From: Actinomycetota bacterium
Lineage (GTDB): Bacteria > Actinomycetota > Acidimicrobiia > Acidimicrobiales > SZUA-35
Length of the DNA: 64,000 bases
Direction of reading: 5' to 3'
NCBI GenBank assembly: GCA_039029735.1
Contig: JBCCFL010000002.1
Location: 196,521-260,520, forward strand
Shown: positions 26,966 to 36,021 of the stretch, piece after piece
How positions within the stretch are numbered: the stretch's first letter is position 1
How the letters are laid out: every line of letters starts with the position of its first letter
Program-made: the position numbers and the translations under genes
The notes under the pieces: generated by a model
Told to the model about the DNA's origin: nothing
Databases searched by the model: none
What the model saw: only the letters and a program-made list of their open reading frames with translations

Positions 26966-27403
26966 CTACGCCGTCTCCACCGGTGAATCGTTGCGAAGGA
27001 ACAGCCAGGCCGTGACGCCTGATGAGATCGTCGGGAACAGCAACCCTTCGAGCAGCACGAAACCGGCAGCGGCTGGGGGGTATCCGAGCAGCGACCAGAG
27101 GAACACAGCGGCGAGGGTGCCGTAGGACGCGATGCCGACAAGGGCGCCGTTGATGAAGGCCGAGCTCACGCTTCGCTGTTCAACGGCTGGCCTGACCACC
27201 ACCCGCAACAGCACGAAGGCCATCACGAGGAAGAAGATCGGAACCGTCCAGATGTACTGGGGCTCGCTCGACATGACGTCATCGATGCCGGCCGTTTCGA
27301 ACAGCGAGGTCATCTGATTGAGACCGAATGCGGCCTGGTAGGCCACATCGATCACCAGGTAGATCACCAGGATGCTCAGATACATGAGCCCTGCCGTCTT
27401 CAT
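26966..27403 (-). CDS. DUF2177-like integral membrane protein
   Basis: It has 145 codons and four hydrophobic segments. The family call is from recall only. Confidence 0.45.
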   Translation of the reverse strand: MKTAGLMYLSILVIYLVIDVAYQAAFGLNQMTSLFETAGIDDVMSSEPQYIWTVPIFFLVMAFVLLRVVVRPAVEQRSVSSAFINGALVGIASYGTLAAVFLWSLLGYPPAAAGFVLLEGLLFPTISSGVTAWLFLRNDSPVETA

Positions 27404-27500
27404 GTCATCCTCCCCGCCTCGGTCATCCGACCGACCCGGCTCGACATCGTAGCGACTCCGCTGACCGGCGGCGGGATGCGGCGCGGCGAGACGATCGGCC

Positions 27501-28046
27501 TCAGCCGGAGGCCAGTGAGCCCCAGTACTGCGCCGTACGTGTGATCGCCCCGGGTTTGCGGATGCCCCGGATCGCCATGCACATGTGCTCGGCCTGGACC
27601 TCCACCGACACGCCCTGGGGCTTGAGTGAGCTCTCGGCAATCGCCGCAAGGATGTCGCGGGTCATGCGCTCCTGCACCTGGGGGCGCCGGGCCACGGTTT
27701 CCACCACTCTCGCGAGCTTCGACAGACCGACCACGCGGCCTTCGCTCGGGGCGTAGGTGATGTCGACAGTGCCCCGGAACGGGAGCAGATGATGCTCGCA
27801 CATCGAGTCGAACGTGATGTCGGCCACGGTCACGAGTTCACCTCCGCCTGGTTCGTTGAAGATCGCGGAGTCGATGTGCAGGCGCGGGTCCTCATCGAGG
27901 CCGCTGAACACTTCGAGGTACATGTCGGCCACTCGACGCGGAGTTTCGAGTAGGCCTTCGCGGTTGGGATCCTCGCCAACGGCGTGAAGGAGTTCGGTGA
28001 CAGCGGCCATGAGCCTGTCCCGATCGGCATGTTGAATGTTGGCCAT
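27501..28046 (-). CDS. folE: GTP cyclohydrolase I
   Basis: It has the CEHHLLPF motif, RPQVQERMT and HMCMAIRG. ATG 28046 has AAAGGA at good spacing. The alternative start is ATG 28052. Confidence 0.9.
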   Translation of the reverse strand: MANIQHADRDRLMAAVTELLHAVGEDPNREGLLETPRRVADMYLEVFSGLDEDPRLHIDSAIFNEPGGGELVTVADITFDSMCEHHLLPFRGTVDITYAPSEGRVVGLSKLARVVETVARRPQVQERMTRDILAAIAESSLKPQGVSVEVQAEHMCMAIRGIRKPGAITRTAQYWGSLASG

Positions 28047-28178
28047 GGTCATCCTTTCGGCGGGCCAAGAAAGGCTAGGCGCATCGCCCATGCCGCCAAC
28101 CAATCGGGCGCCTGACGTCTTCCTGTCAGCCGCTGTGCCCTTCGCCTCAGGCCATCGCCCTCACCTACGCTGAGGTTC

Positions 28179-29432
28179 GTGCGTACGTCGGAACAACTCC
28201 TGCTCGCGTGCCAGGGTGATGGCGAGTTCCTGCTCGCAGCCCGGCACTGGACCGGCGGCCTCCGTCTCGACTTCGAGACCAGTGTCGCCGCCATCACGAT
28301 CGACAACGGCAAGCCCGTGGCCGGTGACCCCGGCGACAGCTCGGGGGTGCTCGCATTCTCGGCCCCCGCTGAGGCGTGGGGGCAGATGCTCGCCCCCACG
28401 CCGGACCGCTTCGCCAACGACATCGCACCCGCTCGGGCGCTCGGGTTCCGCCGCACCGGGGGCGACGACCTTCTCTACTGGCAGTACGCCGCCGCCGTGC
28501 AACGGGCCATCGAAGTGCTTCGAGATCCCATGTCGGCCGCCGAGGCGCAACAGGCCGATGCGGCGCTGCGACCGACGCCAACGGCCGGCACGGTTGACGA
28601 CGTGGTGGGTCGCTACGTTCACCTCGATCTGGGGGGCACGGTGCATCGGGTGTACGTGGAGGAGGCGGGCTCGGGCATTCCTCTGCTGTGCCAACACACC
28701 GCGGGCGCCCACTCGGCGCAGTGGCGACACGTGCTCACCGAGCCGGCCATCACCGACCGTTTCCGCGTGATCGCCTACGACCTGCCCTACCACGGCAAGT
28801 CCCTGCCGCCTGTCGGGCCCGAGTGGTGGGCCGAGCCGTACCGCCTCGACGGTGACTTCTTGCGCTCGGTGCCGCGCGCCCTGTCGAGCGTGCTGGGCCT
28901 CGATCGGCCTGTGTTCATGGGATGTTCCGTTGGCGGCCTGCTCGCACTCGATCTCGCCGCCCGTCATCCGGACGAGTTCCGGGCCGTGGTCTCGCTCGAG
29001 GGGGCGTTGACGGTGGATGGCGACTGGGAGGGCCTCCTCGGGTTCTGGCACCCGCAGGTGTCGAACGAGGCGAAGGCCCGGATGATGGAAGGGCTCACCG
29101 CGCCCAACTCGCCGGCGGCGTATCGCAAGGAGACCACACAGGTCTATGCCTCAGGGTGGCCGCCGGTCTTCCACGGCGACCTCTACTACTACCTCGTCGA
29201 CTACGACCTCCGGGATCGCGCCGCAGAGATCGATACCGACAGGGTCGGTGTTCACATCCTCAATGGCCACTACGACTACAGCGCCACCGTCGAGGCGGGG
29301 CGAGCCGCACACGAGGCCATTCCGGGCTCCACGTTCGCGGCGATGGAAGGCATCGGGCACTTCCCCATGAGTGAGAATCCGACCCGCTTCTTCGAGCACC
29401 TGCTGCCCGTCCTCGACCGGATCGCGTCGTGA
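28179..29432 (+). CDS. alpha/beta hydrolase with an N-terminal SCP2-like extension
   Basis: The nucleophile elbow is GCSVGG, with HFPMSENP near the C-terminus. The N-terminal ~130 aa is a separate module. Confidence 0.65.
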   Translation: MRTSEQLLLACQGDGEFLLAARHWTGGLRLDFETSVAAITIDNGKPVAGDPGDSSGVLAFSAPAEAWGQMLAPTPDRFANDIAPARALGFRRTGGDDLLYWQYAAAVQRAIEVLRDPMSAAEAQQADAALRPTPTAGTVDDVVGRYVHLDLGGTVHRVYVEEAGSGIPLLCQHTAGAHSAQWRHVLTEPAITDRFRVIAYDLPYHGKSLPPVGPEWWAEPYRLDGDFLRSVPRALSSVLGLDRPVFMGCSVGGLLALDLAARHPDEFRAVVSLEGALTVDGDWEGLLGFWHPQVSNEAKARMMEGLTAPNSPAAYRKETTQVYASGWPPVFHGDLYYYLVDYDLRDRAAEIDTDRVGVHILNGHYDYSATVEAGRAAHEAIPGSTFAAMEGIGHFPMSENPTRFFEHLLPVLDRIAS

Positions 29433-30274
29433 CGGCGCCGGTGGAGGTGCTCACGAGCACCGATGGGCAACCGGTGGCCGTTCACGACTTCGGCGGTGAC
29501 GGGCCGCCGCTCGTGTTCGGTCACGGCAACGGCATGAACGCCGGCATGTGGGCTGCGGTGATCCACCGACTCCGGGCCAGCTTCCACTGCTACGGGATCG
29601 ACCTCCGAGGTCACGGCGCTGCTCGGGCAGTGGCAGCTGGCTACAGCGTTGCGCGCACCCAGTTCGCCGACGACGTGCTCACCGTCATCGAACACGTCGG
29701 TGGGCCGGTGGCCTACGCCGGGCACTCGCTCGGCGGAGGCGCAGGCGTCTACGCCGCGCTCGTCCGGCCCGAGCTGTTCACCGGGATGTGGCTCTTCGAG
29801 CCGATCGTGGTGCCGGACGGGTTCCGACGGCCCGGCAACGAGCCAGGCCCGCTCATCGAGATCGCGAGGCGCCGACGCATGACGTTCGACTCGGTCGACG
29901 ATGCAATCAACCGGTTCTCGGCCAAGCCTCCCTTCTCCGGGTGCGACCCGGTCTCGGTTCGGGCCTACGTCGAGATCGGGACGTACCCCATCGATGAGGG
30001 GGTACGGCTTGCGTGTGAGGGAGAGAACGAGGCCCGGGTGTTCGAGCAGGGCGACACCATCGACTTCGATCGCCTCGCTGAGGTGGAGATTCCCATCGTG
30101 GTGGCCTCGGGAGCGGCCGACGATGCGCTGAATGCCCTTCCGGCCCACTGGGCGCCAATGATCGCCAAGGCCCTCGGCAACGGCGCCTGGGTGGAGATGC
30201 CGGGTCTGACCCACTTCGGGCCGATGGAGAACCCAGACGCCATCGCAGGGGCGATCGGCACCCACCTGGCGTGA
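29429..30274 (+). CDS. alpha/beta hydrolase
   Basis: It has HGNGMN, GHSLGG and THFGPMENP. There is a GTGA overlap with the upstream gene. Confidence 0.75.
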   Translation: MTAPVEVLTSTDGQPVAVHDFGGDGPPLVFGHGNGMNAGMWAAVIHRLRASFHCYGIDLRGHGAARAVAAGYSVARTQFADDVLTVIEHVGGPVAYAGHSLGGGAGVYAALVRPELFTGMWLFEPIVVPDGFRRPGNEPGPLIEIARRRRMTFDSVDDAINRFSAKPPFSGCDPVSVRAYVEIGTYPIDEGVRLACEGENEARVFEQGDTIDFDRLAEVEIPIVVASGAADDALNALPAHWAPMIAKALGNGAWVEMPGLTHFGPMENPDAIAGAIGTHLA

Positions 30275-30313
30275 GGGCGTCGTTCGTCTGGCCTGTCCGC
30301 AGGCCAGACGGCG

Positions 30314-32215
30314 TCACCGCAGGTAGAAACCGAGGTCTCCCTCGTCGTAGCTGGCAGCCGTCTTGGACGGCGTGTTGTGCCAGCCCTTCCAGTTGCCGCT
30401 GCCGTTGTCCGACATCACATGGCCTTCGGAGAAGGTGCTGCTGCGGTGCATGCCGTAGGTCTCGGAGCCGTCCCGCACGGGGTAGATGTTGAAGTTTCCG
30501 CCGCCCTCGGCGGTGAGCATCAGGTAGTAGGTGGTGCCGGCCTTCAACTGGGCTGACGACGACAGGCGGGCCGACGCCCAGCTCTGGCGATCCGATGCGA
30601 TCTGGTTGGCCGGGATCGACGCGGAGGCCACCTCGGTGCCTCGGGAGTCGACCACACGAAGCCGCAGGCTGCCGCTGCCGCTCACGCGGCGCACGTCTAT
30701 CCCGATCTCGTTGAAGGTCACGTTGCGGCGCGGCGTCATCGACTGCCGCACCCGATTCGATCCCGAGATCGGGCGGGGGTCGCGGACCCACACTTCCATG
30801 TAGCCGTTGCCGAAGGCCGACCCATCGGCCATCTCGATCGACAGAATTGGCGACTGGATGTTGTTGGGGTAGTCGCGGAAGGGGCGGTTGACCGTTTGGT
30901 CGGACCACGAGGACCCACTGCCCCTCAGCAGGCCCCACTCGCGGGTGGAGGGGCGGGTGGCCGCTGGGCTCGACGTGTCGTCCCAGATGCCCTGGACACC
31001 GACCCAGTTGGCGGTCGGGTTGGCGTCCACGTTCGAGAACACGGCGTGGTACACGCGACCGGCCTCGACCCGCACTGGTGAGTTGAGACGCATCGCCTGG
31101 AACGTGATCTGGCGTTTGCGTTCGGTGGTGGCGTTGGGGAGGCTTCCACCGGACAGCCCATAGGTGGCAGGAGACGACTGGCCGAGCACCCGGGACATGT
31201 CGGGCTGACCCGACCCGTTGTCGGCCACGATCTGCACGACGAGCTTGCCCCCGGTGCCGCTGGCGTAGCCGCCTCTGCTCTTGTTCACCGCAATGTAGGG
31301 CCGGACCGACACCATGTCGCCCGACCGTTGGGCGGAGAAGCGGAACGAGACCTTGTCGGTCTTGATCGTGTGGTTCTGCAAGGCTCGGGCCGACCAGGGG
31401 TTGCCGTAGGGCACGCCACTGCTGGCCTGCGGGGCGGGCGCTGGAGTGGGGGCCTTCGTGGTTGTCGGGGCCGTGGTGGTCGTCGGGGCCGTGGTCGTGG
31501 TCGGCGCGTTCGTGGTGGTGGGCGCCTTGGCCGTGGTGGGTGGAGCCGTGGTGGCGGAGGTGGCCTTCGTGGTCGGTGTTCCGGCCGTGGTGGGTGGAGC
31601 CGTCCGTGTGGCGGCGGCCTCGCTGTCGGTGGTGTCGCCGCCGGTGTCGGTGCGGTCGGTGTCGTCGGTGTCGGCGGCGTTGGGGTTGGACGTCGCCTTC
31701 GCTGGTGGCGACGTGGCCTCCTGCGGCGGGGTCGGCGCTGCGGCCGCCACCTGCTGTTCTGCCTCGGCATCGGAAGCCGGCGCAGGTGCGGTGTCGTCAG
31801 GGGCGGTGGCGGTGGGAGCGTCTGGGCTCGGCGGAGCCTCGCCAGCGGACGTGTCGTCGACGGCGGCACCCGCGGCCGACGTGTCGTCGGTGCCGTTCTC
31901 CGGAACCGGGATCCGCGACGAGGCCGTTCCGCCAGCGTTCGTCAACTCGTCGACGCCGTCGGGAGAGGGGGCGGACTGTGCGGCGGGTCGCGGCAGCGCC
32001 GGTACTGCGAGGTTGGCTGCGTCGGGAAGCTGCGAGCCGGTCTCGTCATCGATCGAGGTGGTGGGGCGGGCCGCGGTGGTTGTCGTGGCGGGAGGAGCTG
32101 TGTTCTCAGTCGCCAGTTCGACACCCCCGGAGAGGTCCGAACTGGAGCAGGCCGAGGCACCCACGGCCACGACAATGAGAATTTGAAGCGACCTCGATCG
32201 CCAGGACACAGTCAT
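30314..32215 (-). CDS. lipoprotein with a ~300-aa Pro/Thr/Ala/Asp-rich linker and a ~330-aa C-terminal region of unknown function
   Basis: ATG 32215 has a purine-rich RBS. The lipobox is VGASAC. I recognise no motif in the C-terminal part. Confidence 0.7.
   Translation of the reverse strand: MTVSWRSRSLQILIVVAVGASACSSSDLSGGVELATENTAPPATTTTAARPTTSIDDETGSQLPDAANLAVPALPRPAAQSAPSPDGVDELTNAGGTASSRIPVPENGTDDTSAAGAAVDDTSAGEAPPSPDAPTATAPDDTAPAPASDAEAEQQVAAAAPTPPQEATSPPAKATSNPNAADTDDTDRTDTGGDTTDSEAAATRTAPPTTAGTPTTKATSATTAPPTTAKAPTTTNAPTTTTAPTTTTAPTTTKAPTPAPAPQASSGVPYGNPWSARALQNHTIKTDKVSFRFSAQRSGDMVSVRPYIAVNKSRGGYASGTGGKLVVQIVADNGSGQPDMSRVLGQSSPATYGLSGGSLPNATTERKRQITFQAMRLNSPVRVEAGRVYHAVFSNVDANPTANWVGVQGIWDDTSSPAATRPSTREWGLLRGSGSSWSDQTVNRPFRDYPNNIQSPILSIEMADGSAFGNGYMEVWVRDPRPISGSNRVRQSMTPRRNVTFNEIGIDVRRVSGSGSLRLRVVDSRGTEVASASIPANQIASDRQSWASARLSSSAQLKAGTTYYLMLTAEGGGNFNIYPVRDGSETYGMHRSSTFSEGHVMSDNGSGNWKGWHNTPSKTAASYDEGDLGFYLR
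31430..31610 (-). repeat. coding tandem repeats for APTTT(T/K) units
   Basis: Repeated ggccgtggtggtcgtcgg-like units were read directly inside the lipoprotein linker. Confidence 0.7.
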
Positions 32216-32311
32216 CCTCGCCTTCCTCTGCCCCAGCGCAACGCCCGAGGGTAGCAGCGCGAGGTTGTCACACAACGGTAATGGCGGCCAGAACGGCATA
32301 TATCCTCATGG

Positions 32312-32644
32312 GTGATGAGTATCGAGGTGGCGCTGGACGAGCTGGTGGCCGAGGTGACGCGTCGTGGGCCGGGGTATCTGCTCACCACGGTCGCCGATGG
32401 TCGGCCCCATGTCATGCACGTGAGTTTCGACACCGAGGGGGTGTCCCTGTCGTGCGATGTCGGGCGGTCAGCTCGGCGCAACATCGAGGCCCAACCCGCT
32501 GTAACCCTGCTGTGGCCTGCGGCTGAACCCGGCGGGTACAGCCTGATCGTCGACGGTTCGGCCACGGTTGCCTCTGCTGAGGGCACCGCAGGGGGCCGGG
32601 TCACAGTCGATCCGAGCCATGCGGTGCTCCACCGGCCCGCATGA
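32312..32644 (+). CDS. pyridoxamine 5-prime-phosphate oxidase-like (split-barrel) family protein
   Basis: It has 110 codons. GYLLTTVADGRPHVMHVSF is typical of the family. Confidence 0.5.
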   Translation: MMSIEVALDELVAEVTRRGPGYLLTTVADGRPHVMHVSFDTEGVSLSCDVGRSARRNIEAQPAVTLLWPAAEPGGYSLIVDGSATVASAEGTAGGRVTVDPSHAVLHRPA

Positions 32645-33372
32645 GCGACGACGCTGGCCATGGCGTCGAGTCGGGCCATTGGGTACACCAGCATCGCGAC
32701 GTGCAGGGTGGCACGGCTCGTGCGGCGGTGTTCGGCGTAAGTGACGGTCTCGTGTCGAACGTCGCCCTCATCCTCGGGGTGGCTGCCGCGGCGCCGGAGG
32801 CCTCCACCGTGGTGTTGGCCGGTGTGTCGGGCCTGCTGGCCGGTGCCGCGTCGATGGCTGCCGGTGAGTACGTGTCGGTCAAGGCCCAGTCGGAGCTCGT
32901 GGCACGGGAGCTGATGATCGAGCGCGAGTCGATCGCCCGGGAGCCGGCGGCCGAAACGCAGGAGCTGGCTGCGATCTACATGGAGCGTGGCCTCGACATC
33001 GATCAGGCCCGCAAGATGGCGGATGCGGTTCACCGCGACCCAGAGGTTGCGCTCGAGGTCCATGCCCGGGAGGAGCTGGGCATCGATCCCGATGGCGTTG
33101 GCGGGGCGGTCGAGGCGGCGGTCAGCTCGTTCTTCGCGTTTGCGGTGGGTGCGATCATTCCGTTGATCCCGTGGTTCTTCGCAGCCGGCACCGGTGCCAC
33201 GGTGGCGTCGGTCGTGCTCGGTCTGCTCGCTGCCGCCACCGTCGGCTTCGTGCTTGCCGTCTTCACGGAACGATCCAAACTGGTCACAATTGCCCGCCAG
33301 GTCGGCCTCGCCGCTGCGGCATGTGGCCTCACTTACGCCGTCGGGAGCGCGCTCGGCGCCACCGTGGTGTGA
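32641..33372 (+). CDS. VIT1/CCC1 family iron/manganese transporter
   Basis: It has DGLVSN, AAGEYVSV and a C-terminal TM bundle. There is an ATGA overlap with the upstream gene. Confidence 0.8.
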   Translation: MSDDAGHGVESGHWVHQHRDVQGGTARAAVFGVSDGLVSNVALILGVAAAAPEASTVVLAGVSGLLAGAASMAAGEYVSVKAQSELVARELMIERESIAREPAAETQELAAIYMERGLDIDQARKMADAVHRDPEVALEVHAREELGIDPDGVGGAVEAAVSSFFAFAVGAIIPLIPWFFAAGTGATVASVVLGLLAAATVGFVLAVFTERSKLVTIARQVGLAAAACGLTYAVGSALGATVV

Positions 33373-33423
33373 CGCCCGGTTTCGCGTGGCCCAGACGTCA
33401 CCAGGCCGCGGAGATCTGCTGGA

Positions 33424-33609
33424 TCAGGGGTCCATCAGCGAGACGACCTCGCTGTAGGGATTGCTCGTCTCACTCCCGAAGATCGCGAGCGCCCCGACCG
33501 TGACGAGCACCATCAACGAGATCAAGAGCGCGTACTCCACCAGTGACGCCCCCCGCTCGTCGCCACCGTGCCGGTGTGCGTCGTGCTCGGCATCGTGGTC
33601 GTGGAGCAT
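33424..33609 (-). CDS. flp: Flp/Fap family type IVb prepilin
   Basis: GGAGG lies 5 nt before ATG 33609. The product is MLHDHDAEHDAHRHGGDERG|ASLVEYALLISLMVLVTVGALAIFG.., with the G|xxxxEY Flp motif over 61 aa. Confidence 0.8.
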   Translation of the reverse strand: MLHDHDAEHDAHRHGGDERGASLVEYALLISLMVLVTVGALAIFGSETSNPYSEVVSLMDP

Positions 33610-33747
33610 GTGGCCTCCAGGGCGGTGGAACGGGCGCGGTCTTGAGCGACCCACGCACTCTTCGTTGATGCATCGGCACGCCGAGCGCAGATCCTGAGCG
33701 AGGCCTCGCTTTTGGGCCGAGCGACCCCCAACTGGGAGACTCGAGCC

Positions 33748-35439
33748 ATGGCACGTCCTGATCTGGTCATCCGCAATGGCACCGTGGTCGACGGAACCGG
33801 TGCTCCCGCTCGCCGAGCCGATGTCGCCGTCTCCGGCGACACGATCGTGGCCGTCGACGATCACTACGACGGCACCGGTACTCGTGAGATCGATGCGGAG
33901 GGTCGCATCGTCACTCCGGGTTTCGTCGACATCCACACCCACCTCGACGCTCAGGTGGCCTGGGACCCGCTGCCGACGTCGAGCTGCTGGCATGGCGTGA
34001 CCAGTGCGGTGCTCGGCAACTGCGGCGTGACCTTCGCCCCTGTGGCCGAAGGTGGCGCCGACTTCCTGGCCGAGATGATGGAAAGCGTCGAGGACATTCC
34101 TCGTCGGGCGATCCTCGAAGGCCTGCCGTGGGACTGGCGGACCTACGGCGAGTACCTCCAGTGGATCGACCGGCTCGACAAGGGCATCAACATCGGCGGG
34201 ATGGTTGGACATTGCGCCGTGCGGCTCGCCGCGATGGGCGAGCGGGGGATGGACGAGACGCCGTCGTCGGCGGAGGACATCGCCGCGATGTGCGAGCTGG
34301 TCGACGAGGCCATGGCGGCCGGTGCGCTTGGATTCTCCACGTCCAGAACGCTGCTCCACGTGGTGCCGGACGGTCGCCAGGTGCCGGGCACCTTCGCCGA
34401 CGAGGCTGAGCTCCTGGCCTTCGGCGACGTGCTCGGCCGTCACGGCAAGGGCGTGTTCGAAGCAGCCGCTCGCCTGGGTGAGCGCGACCGCGACGAGGCA
34501 CTGCCGAAGACGAGAGCCGAGGTGGCCTGGATGGGGGAGGTGTCGCGCCGCTCGGGGCGCCCGGTGAGTTTCGGGCTGGTCCATTCGAACCGACGGCCCG
34601 AGCTCTACCAGCGGGTTATCGAGTTCGCCAAGGAGGAGAACGCAACGGGCGCCACCGTGCGCCCCCAGACCACCTCGCGAGGCATCGGCGTGATCTACAC
34701 CCTCGCCAACCGACACCCGTGGTCGGGGTCAGAGGTGTGGCGCGAACTTCGCCCCATGACCCAGCCGGAGCGGCTCGCCGCCATGGCCGACCCCGACCGT
34801 CGATCCCGCCTCGTGGCCGAGGCCGCCGACATGCCCATGGACCCCAACCAGGTGTTCGTGCTCCCCGACGGGGACGCCAACTACGACTGCGATCCCGAGC
34901 ACTCGCTTGCCGCGGTGGCGGCAGCCCGTGGCGTGAGCCCCGTTGAGGCGTTCATCGATCTCAACCTCGAAACGGGCGGCACGGTCAACCTCAACCATCC
35001 GATCCTCAACCAGAGCAGCGATGCCGTGCAGGAGATGCTCGATGATCCCGTGGTCACGCTCGGCCTCGCCGATGCCGGTGCCCACGTGGGCCAGATCATG
35101 GACACGAGCCAGCCCACCTATTTCCTCTCCACCTGGGTGCGCGATCGCCAGCGGTGGCCGCTGGAGGAGGCAATCCGCAGGCTCACCTCCGACACGGCCG
35201 ACCTCTTCGGCGTGCAGAACCGGGGCCGCCTCGAATCCGGTCGGGTGGCCGACATCAACGTGATCGACCTCGACAACATGCGCCTTCCCCAGCCCGAGTT
35301 CGTGCACGACTTCCCGAACGGTGCCGGTCGCTACATCCAGCGCTCTGAGGGCTACGACTACACGATCGTGAACGGCGAGGTGTTCATGGATCATGGGGAG
35401 CACACCGGAGCCTTGGCCGGCCGTACGTTGCGAAGCTGA
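33748..35439 (+). CDS. N-acyl-D-amino-acid deacylase family amidohydrolase
   Basis: It has DLVIRNGTVVDGTG and PGFVDIHTHLD over ~560 aa. The start is ATG 33748. Confidence 0.8.
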   Translation: MARPDLVIRNGTVVDGTGAPARRADVAVSGDTIVAVDDHYDGTGTREIDAEGRIVTPGFVDIHTHLDAQVAWDPLPTSSCWHGVTSAVLGNCGVTFAPVAEGGADFLAEMMESVEDIPRRAILEGLPWDWRTYGEYLQWIDRLDKGINIGGMVGHCAVRLAAMGERGMDETPSSAEDIAAMCELVDEAMAAGALGFSTSRTLLHVVPDGRQVPGTFADEAELLAFGDVLGRHGKGVFEAAARLGERDRDEALPKTRAEVAWMGEVSRRSGRPVSFGLVHSNRRPELYQRVIEFAKEENATGATVRPQTTSRGIGVIYTLANRHPWSGSEVWRELRPMTQPERLAAMADPDRRSRLVAEAADMPMDPNQVFVLPDGDANYDCDPEHSLAAVAAARGVSPVEAFIDLNLETGGTVNLNHPILNQSSDAVQEMLDDPVVTLGLADAGAHVGQIMDTSQPTYFLSTWVRDRQRWPLEEAIRRLTSDTADLFGVQNRGRLESGRVADINVIDLDNMRLPQPEFVHDFPNGAGRYIQRSEGYDYTIVNGEVFMDHGEHTGALAGRTLRS

Positions 35440-35521
35440 CGCAACCGCCACCAGCGCTTTCGCCCTGCGTGCGCAAGGCCTATGCTTCGCGCCCTGCGCA
35501 CCAGGGAATACGGGGAGCGAC

Positions 35522-35947
35522 ATGAGCCGAAGTACCGAAGACAAGCAGACACGACTGGCCGCCGTGCCCCTCTTCGCTGGGGCCGATCGCAAGGCGATGC
35601 GGAACCTCGTCGAGGCCGTCGAGGAAGTCACCGTGAGCGGCGGTACCACCCTGATCAACCAAGGCGGGTTCCCGGCGGAATTCTCCGTGATCGTCACCGG
35701 ATCGGCCCGCGTTGAGGTCAATGGCACCGATGTGGCGACCCTCGGCCCCGACGACGTGATCGGCGAGCTCGCCTTCCTGGCCCGTACGGCTGCCTCGGCC
35801 ACCGTCACGGCCACCAGCGACTGCGAGCTGTTGGTGATTCGCTACGGCCGCCTCGAGAAGATCCTGGACGGCGACCCGGGCTTCGTCCGTCAGCTCACTG
35901 AGGCGCTCGCCCGCCGGCTCCTCGCGACCAACGAGATGCTCAGCTGA
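35522..35947 (+). CDS. stand-alone cyclic nucleotide-binding domain protein
   Basis: It has VPLFAGADRKAMRNL and GELAFLARTAASATVTA. It spans 141 codons with no output domain. GGGGAG is upstream. Confidence 0.75.
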   Translation: MSRSTEDKQTRLAAVPLFAGADRKAMRNLVEAVEEVTVSGGTTLINQGGFPAEFSVIVTGSARVEVNGTDVATLGPDDVIGELAFLARTAASATVTATSDCELLVIRYGRLEKILDGDPGFVRQLTEALARRLLATNEMLS

Positions 35948-36021
35948 CGATCAGTTCAGGGCACACCCATCGGCGGATGTCAGGGGCTCAACAGCCGGAG
36001 GCACCCGGCCGATAGAGCCAT

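Noticed and set aside
31285-32254. Several ORFs on both strands (194, 246, 238 and 308 aa) inside the PT-rich region
   Set aside because: They are alternative frames of low-complexity repeat DNA belonging to the lipoprotein linker.
33748-35439. The D-aminoacylase-like amidohydrolase as part of the pilus system
   Set aside because: There is no mechanistic link that I can support. It has its own start and spacers and is probably just a neighbour.
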